64,000 nucleotides of DNA. Origin: Lingula anatina. Its lineage: Eukaryota; Animalia; Brachiopoda. The stretch covers positions 49,702,788 through 49,766,787 of the forward strand of contig CM120640.1 of the NCBI GenBank assembly GCA_051362555.1, read 5' to 3'. Positions 27,683-38,888 of the stretch are shown here, in pieces; positions within the stretch are counted from its first letter, which is position 1; each line of letters starts with the position of its first letter. The notes beneath the pieces are model-generated. The model was not told the origin of the DNA and did no database searches. It saw only the letters and a list, made by a program, of their open reading frames with translations. Both the position numbers and the translations under genes were made by a program.

Positions 27683-30600
27683 GACAAAAGAAGTGTCACC
27701 CCCTAACTCAGAGTAATAAAAGTAGGCAGATCTTGGGTACTTATAATGCCTGGTTTACTTATAATGTGACTAATGAGTATAAAACCGCTATACCATGGAA
27801 TTGTATTGTTGGTCTTGTACATGTACAGCAAATGTTATTCCTGTCTTCCTCCAATATGGCAAGATACAGGCAATTATCTAACGGTTATAGGTGCAAGTTT
27901 TTAACCTGAAGAGGCGGAATATTAGCAATGTCAGAATATCGATACAATTGAATTGTTCAGTCAGAACCGTGCAGAGGGTCTGATCTCGGTATAGAAACAC
28001 TGGATCAAGAGACAAATTGCCTCTGATGGGTCGTCCAAGAAAAAATACTGGCCGTGAAGACCGACGACTGATTTTGATGTCCAGGTTGTCAAAGTTCGAC
28101 ATTGCTTGTCAGTTGACAACACAGTGGAACAATTTCACACATAAGAATGTGTCTGTGAAAATTGCTAGGCGTCGGTTACATGCTCAGAGAGTGTACAGCA
28201 GGGTAGCAAGACTGAAACCTCTTATATCGTTACAAAACAGGCAACGTAGAGTAAACTAGGGTCAACAGGATCTGGAACTGGACAGTTCATGACAATTGGT
28301 CCTATATATTTTTTTCTGATGAGTGTCGCTTTGGTCTGACCTCTGATGACAGACGGGTACGATGCTGGCAAACTGCTGGTAAAGCATTTGAACCACATGC
28401 ACTTAATTTTCGAACCCGGAGCAGCATATTCATCATGGTGTGTGGCTGCATCAGCATCCATGGCTTGGGCGAATTGATAGTGGTTGATGGAAACATGAAT
28501 CACTAGAAATATATCGATGTTTTGGAGTCAGGCTTGCTACCATCTATTACTAACATGTTTGGTGACAGGAATTATCCATTTGTTCACCAGGATGACAATG
28601 CTCCTTGTCACAGGCCCAGAGCAGTTGATTATTGGTTTGACCAACAGGACATTCGCAGGGCGATGTGGCCTGCCCAGAGTCCGGATGCAAACATAATAGA
28701 AAATGTATGGAATGATATGTCAAAACTTTTTACAAATGCCCGTCTAACCAGCAGATAAACTCTGTTATATTCAGTGTTTCATGCTTGGGCCAGCATTAGC
28801 TCTGAACGCATCAGACAATTATATGAAACCTTGCTTCGTAGACTGGCACCTATTATTAGGTCACGTGGCTATGCCACTAAGTACTAATTTTGGACTTGAA
28901 ACTGCATATTTTGGTAGAATGTATATTTTGATCTCATTTTGTGATTTTTTGTGAAATTTGATGTTAATAAAATGATACCAGGAGCATATCATTCGGCAGT
29001 CATTTATCTCCCCCATAGTATTGGCTCAGTAGGGGTGACACTTCTTTTGTCCAGTGTGTGTATATATCACTGAATATGTCAAATTTCAGGGGTAGTTTGC
29101 AGGGCAATGGGTTACAAGATCGGTCTCCCCATGTGTTGTAACATATTTCCTGCCGTACAACCTGCAAACTTTGCTATGACTAGGGTGGCTTGCACTGGAA
29201 ACGAAAGTGACATCACAGCATGCCCGTATGAACAAGTGGTTGGGGATACCAAGTGTTCTCCGGCAGGTGTCTTTTGCACAAACGATACGATCGGAGGTAA
29301 GCCTTTCCACGAAGTCCGCATTCATAATTATTGTCAAAGTAAAATAAATAAAACGGGGCACAAAGACCTGGACTGGTTTTACAAAAGAACTAAATAAGTC
29401 CTTATTATCAAAACCCATAGTAGTCCATTAAAATAAAGAAAGTATTGGTCTGAAACATTAACAAAGTCTTTCCTGTTATAAATGTTGCGATATTTAATTT
29501 AATTGGAGTACAAATGAATTATACTACAGTAGGTCAAAGTGGACTAAAGTTTACTCCAATTTTAGGACTAAAGTTACTTTGTGAAATAGGCCGCTGAATT
29601 GGTGATATGGTTTATGTGATGTCTATTTTCTAATACTGAATTAAGTTCAAAAACCCCTTTTGCTTCTGGATGATTCCGTTCGATCTTATATAATATGTAA
29701 CATATTTCAGGATTCACGATTCAGCTGGCCCATGGCACCACCTATACAGGCGTGGTCGAGGTCCGCTTTAAGAACATTGGTCCGCAGGGCTATATATGTC
29801 CTGATAATTGGGATGACAGTGATGCAAATGTCGTCTGCAGAAGTTTGAACTTTACGCAAGGTAGAGCCTTAAAGCGCCGCATAGCGGGGATACGATTGGA
29901 TAGAGTTCCCATGTGGATGTCCGACGTCAAGTGTCATGGAAACGAAAGCACGCTTGAAAACTGCTCCTACACTGGCCCGGGCGAGATGCATACCTGTAAC
30001 CAGAAAGATTACATTGCTGGCGTATTTTGCACGAACGAAAAAGGTAATGATACGTGGTTTATGTCTTTTAATTACTTATGATGCTGTACTATTGCTGTAC
30101 TTTTTGCCCTTCATATTTTTGGATATCTGACTGGTGGGTAGTTTCTAGTGCATATCTTAGGGTGTATTCCCAGAGATTTAGATCGATCCAGGGATTAAGA
30201 TTTAGATCGACCTAACTCCCTGGTGGTTCAAGCTAAATTGCAGTCAGCCGAGCGCGCACCATAGTTAATTACCCCCTTACAGCTTTCAGTAGGCGGGACA
30301 GACGCTTAAGCCGGCTAAGCTAACAGTAATCTAGTGAGACTCCCCACAGGGATAGATCGATCTAAAATCTATGGAAATGGGGTCTTAAATGCTGGAAACT
30401 GTAGTCAGTTTTTGGTCTGTTTTGATAAATGCTTTGTTTTTGTATTCTTGATTATATTTCCTATGAAAGTGGTTGTTTTCGTACATTTCTCAATTGTCAG
30501 AAAATAATTAACTTTTGACTTCATCATACCGCAACGATATTTTTTCATGGTTTTTATCCAATGCCTATTACCATGGTAGGAATATTTTACACTTTGGGCG

Positions 30601-33600
30601 GAAATCAATCAAACCAAGGCTTTATAGAGATATCTGTGAACGGAGAGGTTGGCACGTTATGCCAGCAGTCATCAGGGCAGTGGACGGACGAATCTGCCAG
30701 AGTATTCTGCAAGGCACAGGATCAGGGCTTCACCGACGGCGTTGCTGCATATAACTCGTACTATAGTGGAGGAAGTGGCCCAGTCTGGCAGGCGGGCTAT
30801 GACTGCGTTGGTGAAGAGGCTTCCCTACATGATTGTCCGCAGCAGGGCCTGGTAAAGATGCTAGATGGACCTTGTAGTAGTCACCAGCTTGATGTAGGGG
30901 TGTTCTGTTTTAACCAAGGTAAGCAGTTGGTCTTCACTTTTATGAAGTTTCAATGCATGATGCCAGTTTCTTAGTTTTAAAAAAAGCAATTTATTACATT
31001 TTTCTTCTATATAGCAATAGATATAATCACACTCTTAAATGAATCTCGATGAATTACTTCAAAAAATGTTTCATATTTCCAGTTCGTCTCCGCAACTCCA
31101 GTGGCACCTTTGGCACCAAAGCAGGACGTGTGGAGGTGAATCACAACGGGCACTGGTACGCGGTGTGTAGTTCGAGTTTCAGTAACCCGTCGGCTAGACA
31201 TGTCTGCCGAGAGCTTGGGTTCTATGACGGAAAAGCGCTTTGCTGTTCGGCATTTGGTGTCCTCCCAGAAGTCGGTATTCTTAACAGGACAGTCGAATGT
31301 CAGGGGGCCCTCGGAGAGACACTTGACTCCTGTATCACTAATACTACATGTGAGAACGAGGAATATGCGTCAGTGGTCTGCAATGACGGACAGCTGACAG
31401 AAGGTAAGATGTATTGATATTGGGTAAAGGACCTTACTAACTCTGGTCGAGAAGTAAATCTACTTATGGTTGGTTACAGAACAAAAAGATTCCAAAGGTA
31501 TCAAAGGTATGAGCGAGATGTTGCATCTGTGGGCCTAGTGTAAATGGAATTCTGAACGATTCTGAACTGTGCATATTTTGAAGTAACCATCCGGTACTAA
31601 ATAAATTTATTTCATACAGTAAGCGAACTGTGTTGGCTCCTTTACTTTTTACGAAACCTTGCTTTCCAGGATATACAATCCTTATTGAGGATAAACGTCC
31701 CATAGGTGATGGGCCTGACACTGGTATCACAGGGTATGTATCTGTCTCACATATGTCCCTGACTGGTCGGGTGTGCACTACTACGTGGAATGATGCCAAC
31801 GCCCAAGTTGTCTGCAGGAGCTTAGGGTACAGAAATGGCGCTGTATACAACCACAGTGTGCCCTCTGCCATACCTCAACCAGTGCTTGCTGCAGTACGTT
31901 GTCAGGGGAATGAAACCAGTTTAGAAGGATGTCTCATTTCGGACGCTACAGAGAACTGTCCCAGGAATTTGAAGGCAGGCTTCATGTGTTTTAATGATTC
32001 TAGTAAGTATTTGTTTATCATTGTATATTTGTCCACGGCTTTTAAATGAATTATCAACTGAAACTCTTGGTGTGTGTTTTGTTTATGATATATAATGAAG
32101 CTTTCATACCTTACATAAAGCTGTAATGTACCTTAAATGATAACTGTTTTGTTTTGGCAGTTTTGTGCATATCGTACCGGCAATATATGAAAGATTTATA
32201 GTATGCAATATTGTTATTATGGCACAAAATTTATCTTGACCATCACTGTGTGGCATTTTGAAGATATTCAAAATCTCCTATAAATATGAGATCACCGCTG
32301 TATTCAAGAGGTTATGGCGCCAATCCCACCATCGATAATACACTAGATCCCAGTTTGCTATTATATTACACTATATGCTTTATCTCGTTTCTTTCAGACG
32401 TAGAATTCAGACTCCTGCGCCATGGTGGCAGCTCTAAAAACGAAGGTATTGCCGAAGTAGGCATAGGCGGTATTACCGGCTACATATGTGGATGGTTATG
32501 GGACGACAATGATGCTGATGTATTTTGTAAAACTGTCGGTTATTCTGGCGGACAGGCAGCAACGTATCACAGAAGAACGGCAATCATTGGTTCCCGCTTC
32601 GACGTGGACAAAATTTGGCTGAGCCATCTCCAGTGTAATGGCAGTGAGAATTCGATACTGGGGTGCCCGCATCCCGGATGGGATATACTCACCAGTTCGA
32701 CAGCACATACAGAGGCGTCGACAGTTAGAAATTATTGTTACCGATCATATAGTCCTTATCTGGCGACATGTGTTTGCTTTGATACAAGTGAGTCCTTTTT
32801 TAAGTGGGTGTATGCATTTATACTGACAAGTTGTGCATTATTATTATTATGGTACAGCTGTTTTTTCCTCCAAGGTAAATATTGATTATTTTAATGAAAA
32901 GATACATTTATATCAAACGCCTTAGTTTACACAATGTGCATCATTTAAAGCAATTGTGGCGAAGAGCAGTTTATGGAGGTTCTCGTAATTTCAGTTCGTT
33001 TAAGCAGTGGTCCCTACGGCACCATGGGGCGTGTGGAGGTCAGCTACGAAGGTGATTGGGTTGGAATATGTGATGTGGGCTGGACAGACCAGAGAGCTGA
33101 AGCCACGTGCAAACAACTGGGCTATACAAGCGGGAAGGCAGTTCTTCATTCAGCTTTTGGGAGTTTTAACGGCACCATTCCTCTGAGTGATTTTCATTGC
33201 AATCTGACAGACAATACGAGGCTTAATTGTACCTACACGGTCAAAGAGTGTTCATCTGGAAATTATGCATCCGTGGTGTGTTTTAGCAGTCTGCCTATAG
33301 AAACCGGTAGGTAGAAATTTTACAGTCCTGACAACTGAAATATTTAAAATGTATAATCTAGATAATTTGAGTGCTCTAGTAAGAGAAGTTTTAAAGATGA
33401 AATTATAATTTCAGTCAAGAGCTTCATTTTTAATACCCTTCAATGTAGTTTTGTTTATTCTCACTTGTATTGAATGCATTCGTCTCTTGTCTTTGGCAAG
33501 ATTTTGCAGTAAATTTCATAACCAACAAGAATCAATGGGCGAAACCACTGAAAGTCAGAGTGGATGGTGTCTGGGGCCGATTTTGTCCCACAGGTTGGAA

Positions 33601-34531
33601 TGACGCAGCAGCATCAATTGCTTGTAGAGAAATTAGCTGGCAGTATGCCGGAGGGAAAGCTTTCATGTTCGACGACGACAGTAATGATATTGCCATCCCG
33701 TTGCCACGCGTAGTGGGTAATTTGCGCTGCAATGGAACTGAGCAGTCTTTGCGAGATTGTGCAAGGTTTTCCCTAAAAGAAAAACAAACAGGATGCCCAT
33801 ATAGTGGATCAACTCCTGGTGCTGCTTGTTATAAAAAAGGTATATTTTCTTGATTTGGTTTGAAGCTGGTATCTTTGCTGCAACTGTATTTGGCAATGAT
33901 ACCCTTTTTTGGGTTTATGATGGTAATATATTTATCTAGTTTACTTGAAGGTCTGAATCACTCGAATAACAAAATAAAGAGTTGGTATTCCAACTACAAA
34001 TTTTCAACAGATTTCAAGTTGACATAATTATACGTAGACAATCTTCCAGTGATATACATGCTGTAGAATCTTAATTAATGCTTTGTTGCAGACATAAACT
34101 TCCAGTTAGTTGGAGTTGAAGGATCTACAAGCTCGGGGATATTTGAAATCAGTGTAGATGGCGTCACAGGAGCACTATGCCCGGAACAATGGAAGGAGTC
34201 GGAGGCCAGAGTAGCCTGTAGAACCTTGGGATATGCCGATGGTGTGCCTACATGTATGGTGGGAGAAAACTATTACCAGGGCACAGCTGTTTGCGGCGGG
34301 ACGGCCCGCATTGAGGCAGCAATGATGACGGTTCTGAAATGCAAGGGAACAGAAAGCTCTCTGTTTGAGTGTGAGACTACAGACCACGAGTGGAGAGCTT
34401 GGGACTCCTCAGGCTGTGCCTACGGCAACTCTCTTCGCAGTATGGCAGCAGTGCACTGTTTTAATGCCTCCATGGGTGGGTAACACGCCGAGTTATAGAA
34501 TACCCGTTTCTGTTGGACGACAGAGGTTGCA

Positions 34532-34566
<35 letters not shown>

Positions 34567-36013
34567 GTCTTGATACACAGATTATATCGACTGGATTTTT
34601 AAATGCCCTTAGCTTAAAGAGATAAATATAAATGTGGTTGTCGATGGGTTCTCTGTGTATTACAACGGTACGTTTTGAATCAGGTTTTGGTTTCGTTGTA
34701 AAGATTGCCTGAACTGTTGATGTATCTTTAAAAGTAAAACAACACATTATTATGCATTTTTATTACATTTTACAGAAGTAGTCAGCGTTCGTCTGTCACC
34801 TGGGCCGAACTATGGGCGTGTGGAGGTGAACGTTTCCGAGTCCAACATCTGGGGGACTGTGTGTGACGACCTGTGGGACGACAGGGATGCCACAGTGGTA
34901 TGCCGTCAACTGGGATACGGTTTGGGCAAGGCTGTGCGGGGATCAGGATATGGCGGGCAAACACCAAGTGCTATATGGTTAGACGGGATGCAATGTATTG
35001 GAAACGAAACCACCATAAAAGATTGCAGGCACAAACCCGTTGGCATACACAACTGTGATCATCAAGAGGATGCTGGAGTTAAATGTTCAGGTAAGTTATG
35101 ATTTGAAAAGATTACTAGTACAGTTGTCGACGATTTTGCATAAGGGCATTTTTTTTAAATTGTAGGCTACCAGAATTGCAGCACTTTAATTCTGTTAAGT
35201 GACGAAGCACTTCTATATATAAATATATGATTGATAAATCCTGATATTTTAGAAATAAAAAAGGAGATACTTGTAATAGCAAGCATTGATGAAAGAAGTG
35301 CATGTTTATTTGCCCCAATGCTATTTTTTGATTTCACAGAGATCCCATCGACAACCACAACCACAACGACCCCCCGTCCTACCACAACAATAACGACTTT
35401 AGGCTCTACTACGGCTCCTCACTCCACGGGAATGATAACGACACTGAGCTCATCTACGACATCTCACTTCACCACTGCAATAACGACCAGCGATTTTGTC
35501 AGCTTTAATACAACAACCACATCATGGTCTGTTTCTTCATATTCAACAACTCCGACTACACCATTCACATCAACATCACCGCCAGTTTCTACTACATCGT
35601 CATTAACGTCATCAACATCATCGACGGCAACCTCTTCACCAAATACATCTCCAGCTTCATCATCACAGTCTTTTCCATCTTCTACTTTGCTGCCATCCTC
35701 CACGACAGTTGCACAAAAACAAGACTCAGTAAAAAGCACCATTCTCATGGCAACGCTCATTCCAATTTTAGCGTTGATTCTTATAATAGTTTTATTCAGC
35801 GCAATCTGTTTAGCGAAGCGAAGACAAAACTTGAAAAAATCTGAGATTCATACTGATGTATCGCCGATAGTCAATGAGACAAGCGATGGTACCTTGCAGA
35901 TGACAAACGTTTTATATGGAATGGAGGAAATAGATATGCGTCCAGAAGATTTTGCACTTCATGACACGACAACTTCAAATGTATTTGAAAATAAACTTGC
36001 CTCTGATGCTTAA
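17764..36013 (+). CDS. Multi-SRCR (19 domains) type I transmembrane scavenger receptor, DMBT1/CD163-like, ~2390 aa
   Basis: Signal-peptide exon 17764-17842 (MYLVSICILLIVIALHCADVGAQ, donor GTGAGT). SRCR exons: 19903-20232, 21569-21889, 22583-22942, 23244-23582, 23724-24053, 24264-24444+24756-24901, 25093-25416, 25725-26045, 26288-26653, 26841-26969+29090-29296, 29711-30043, 30580-30918, 31083-31403, 31670-32002, 32398-32787, 32995-33306, 33501-33839, 34092-34475, 34776-35090. Last exon 35340-36013 encodes an S/T mucin stalk, a TM helix (ILMATLIPILALILIIVLFSAICLA) and a tail with NVLY. SRCR signatures throughout (GRVEV, WGTVCDD.WD, VVCRQLG, C.GNE..L..C, AGV.C). Summed exon length 7173 nt, in frame. 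Confidence 0.9.
27599..27680. repeat. (TA)n microsatellite abutting the left Tc1 terminus
   Basis: About 40 TA units run directly into CGGACAAAAGAAGTGTCACC. Confidence 0.95.
27681..29056 (+). mobile_element. Tc1/mariner (DD34E) DNA transposon, decayed, in the intron splitting SRCR domain 10
   Basis: TIRs GGACAAAAGAAGTGTCACCCC(C)TA at 27682 and its reverse complement TAGGGGTGACACTTCTTTTGTCCAGTG at ~29030-29056, flanked by TA runs. Transposase remnant ~27856-28886 with GRPRK, FSDE, HQDDNAPCH...WPAQSPDANIIENVW (34 residues between D and E) and terminal GYATKY*. Contains frameshifts and stops. Confidence 0.92.
29368..29593. mobile_element. Possible old PIF/Harbinger-type MITE in an SRCR intron
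   Basis: Degenerate inverted ends GGACTGGTTTTACAAAAGAACTAAATAAGTCC vs GGACTAAAGTTACTTTGTGAAATAGGCC, plus internal GGACTAAAGT repeats. No clean TSD. Confidence 0.35.
30160..30384 (-). mobile_element. PIF/Harbinger-like MITE, family A copy 1
   Basis: TTA TSD on both sides (30157-30159, 30385-30387). Subterminal inverted repeats ATTCCCAGAGATTTAGATCGATC / GATCGATCTAAAATCTATGGAAAT. Reverse-complement homologue of 38332-38565. Confidence 0.88.
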
Positions 36014-37753
36014 CTTGGCAACCAGGCCCTTCATGTTCACTCTACGTGTACGTGGCATTCTACAGTTCAATTAAAAACATGTATTTTTATACCATTCATT
36101 TTAGTTAGATAATTAGAATCTCGAAGACAGAATCTCTAGCCTCATCGTTCATGTTGCATCCAAGATTTTACTACAATAACACACTGAATACATAGGGAGG
36201 GGGATGAATATTGTTTTTGAGAATGAAAGGACCGTATACAATATTTTGGCTCGAAAAATCTACATCAACAAATTTCCCAGGACTCTTACGCAAAACTCGA
36301 AAATACTCTGTAAATTTACATTTTGTTAGCGCTGTTTTTTATCATTTGGCCTTAGCAGGATGAACGTTTTTTTACCTTGCGTAGAAGTGTTAATTTAGCA
36401 GGGTGTACTTATTTTATTATTTGAAACGGAAATACCATAATTGTGTACGAGATATCTAGAAAGAAAATGCACGTGATTTTAGACTGTAGCGTTCAGTACC
36501 GTCCCTTAAAGCTCACTTTATGGTGCTGTACGTGTCTTATTTCCCTGTGGTGCTGTATCACTGGTGATTTATGAAGTATTAGACAGGCTAGTTTCAGTCA
36601 TCCAACTATCAGTCGCCTCGACGACAAATTCTTTATCTAAGCGTAGACCTATAACTAGCAAGATCTTGCCATTCGATAATTTAATTGTATTTCCAGGTAC
36701 GTTTGTATTAATTCGTACTGTGTTAAAAGCTGTAAAAGCTGTACGTGTTATGCCTACGTTAAAAATGTGCACATATAAAAATCATTTTAATTATTTCAGT
36801 CTACTTGTAGTAAATTTATATTACCCATTGTTGGTTTTGCTTTTTTGTTGGCTTTAAAAGCAATGATTATGACTTGCACATAAATATAAAAAATGATGGT
36901 TGTGATGTTTAGACGTAAAACCTGAAACGTGAAAGGGTAATGATTTTAAATAAATGTTAACAAACCCACCAATTACTTTCTTACATAGCGTTTTACACTA
37001 TTTTACTTTTGCTCAAAAGGTATTTGGTTGTGGTTCGTGTATACAAACCGTTTAATCTTAATAGGTTGACGTATTTTATATGTACTGGTTTGTTTGTTAT
37101 TTATCTGCTAGTTATGACTGTGGTTCCTTAGATGTCTTAGATTTATCACGAAGTTAAATAAAAATGTGCAAAATGTTTTAAATTATGGGAAATACCTCTG
37201 TTATATTAAAATACAATGTGCCCCAGAGATTCAGAAATAAAGAGGAATAGCGAATCGAAACGAATGAATTCTACCCTGGATGATGAATCCTGGAATTGTT
37301 CTTATTTCTTCCCAGGCTGTGCAGTGCACCCTTTCTAACCCCGACTGCACCCACCGTCACCCAACCAAACTTTCTACGTGCGTGTGTTTTGCAAGCAAAA
37401 ACGTGTAGCCTATCAGAAAATAATTTAGGATACGTTTCAATATGCCCCAATAATTATATATTTTTAATGAAAAGCTTCTAACTGTACCTTTCCCAATCAA
37501 GACCTTAAAAACGATAAAACAAATCCTTTAAGTAAAAGAACCAGCACGGCGACGGCATGTCCTTCTAAAATGAGGGTCCCATGGAGGGGGGGGGGTAGTA
37601 ATCATAGTAGCCTACAAGGGAATAAAACCATCAATTCACAGTGAATAACACTTTTTTCATCCTGAAAATCACAAATCACCCGGTATATAATGATTTCTTT
37701 TCACGAAGGGCAAAGAACACAAAGCCGCATTTGCGAGTTAGGCCTGCTGTTCA

Positions 37754-38100
37754 CACCCTGAGCTTCAGAGATAACTTGACACTAAGGGCGCATTCCCATA
37801 GATTTTAGATCGATCTATCCCCGTGGCCGTCTCACTTGATTACTGTCAGATAATCCGGCTTAAATGTTTGTCCCTCCTACTACAAGCTGTAAGGGGGTAA
37901 TTAACTTTCGTGTCTGCTCGGCTGACAGCTATTTAGCGTGAACCCCCAGGGAGTTAGGTCGATCTAGTTGGATCGATCTAATCTCTGGGAATGGGGTCTG
38001 AGCTCTTCACTATAGCCTTTCTTCATCGTGTCAAGTTGACACGATGAAGATAGGCTATAGTGAAGAGCTTAGTGTCAAGTTATCTCTGAAGCTCAGGGTG
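37754..38100. mobile_element. ~131-bp near-perfect palindromic (foldback) element interrupted by a MITE
   Basis: After removing 37786-38001, the left arm CACCCTGAGCTTCAGAGATAACTTGACACTAAGCTCTTCACTATAGCCTTTCTTCATCGTGTCAA is the reverse complement of the right arm with one mismatch and a 1-nt centre. Confidence 0.85.
37786..37998 (+). mobile_element. PIF/Harbinger-like MITE, family A copy 2 (nested, more diverged)
   Basis: Homologous to 38332-38565. Flanked by TAA (37783-37785) and TGA (37999-38001). The palindrome's other arm shows the empty site was CTAAGC. Confidence 0.85.
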
Positions 38101-38331
38101 ACTGTAGGCCTACATAAAAATGAACGTTTCACGCATCTACTTCTATATCCCGGGAAATAATTATAAAGTGTCTTTCACGGGTAAAGAATACACCCAATGG
38201 GACCCTGTAAAATGCACAGGATGACATACATGGTGGTCTAAATGTCTGGTCAGTTATCTTAAACTTACCATAAATATATTTAATAAAATCTTCATCTTCT
38301 TATTGTAAATGGTGTAAAACATCGAATCTAA

Positions 38332-38565
38332 GACCCCATTCCCATAGATTTTAGATCGATCTATCCCTGTGGGTAGTCTCACTAGATTAGGCCCCCTACT
38401 GTCAGCTTAGCCGGCTTAAGCGTCTGTCCCGCCTACTAAAAGCTGTAAGGGGGTTATTAACTATGGTGCCCGCTCGGCTGACTGCAATTTAGCGTGAACC
38501 CCCAGGGAGTTAGGTCGATCTAAATCTTAATCTCTGGATCGATCTAAATCTCTGGGAATGCACCC
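38332..38565 (+). mobile_element. PIF/Harbinger-like MITE, family A copy 3
   Basis: Perfect TAA TSD (38329-38331, 38566-38568), termini GACCCCATTCCCA...TGGGAATGCACCC, GATCGATC subterminal motifs. Confidence 0.9.
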
Positions 38566-38748
38566 TAAGTACAGCTTTGTTTAGGGTGAAAATTGCGATA
38601 CAAGCGTAGCGGTATGTTGTGAGAAATTGACAACCTAATAATCTGACTACTACACAAGATAATAACTTAAACTGTCGTTTTCAGTATCTGAAAACAGCAA
38701 AGGCATGTTGATGATAGAGAGGCAAGTTTCCAGTGTCCCCTAAATCTC

Positions 38749-38786
38749 GGGGCGGAGCAGCTTGATCGTTCTTTGTTTTCTATAAA
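38749..38786 (+). promoter_or_regulatory. SELENOH core promoter: GC box and TATA box
   Basis: GGGGCGGAG at 38749-38757 and TATAAA at 38781-38786, ~100-140 bp upstream of ATG 38889. Confidence 0.55.
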
Positions 38787-38888
38787 CCCTCTCCTGCAAG
38801 TGTAGTTACGCAGCGTGCTCTCCGGTGTCAGAGTTTGGAAGTACGATGCGATTCTGAATTTCTTGTCATAAAACGGATAAAGGCCGAG

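Noticed and set aside
35464-35844. Antisense Val/Asp-rich ORF and alternative-frame ORF
   Set aside because: Mirror of the Ser/Thr mucin stalk codons.
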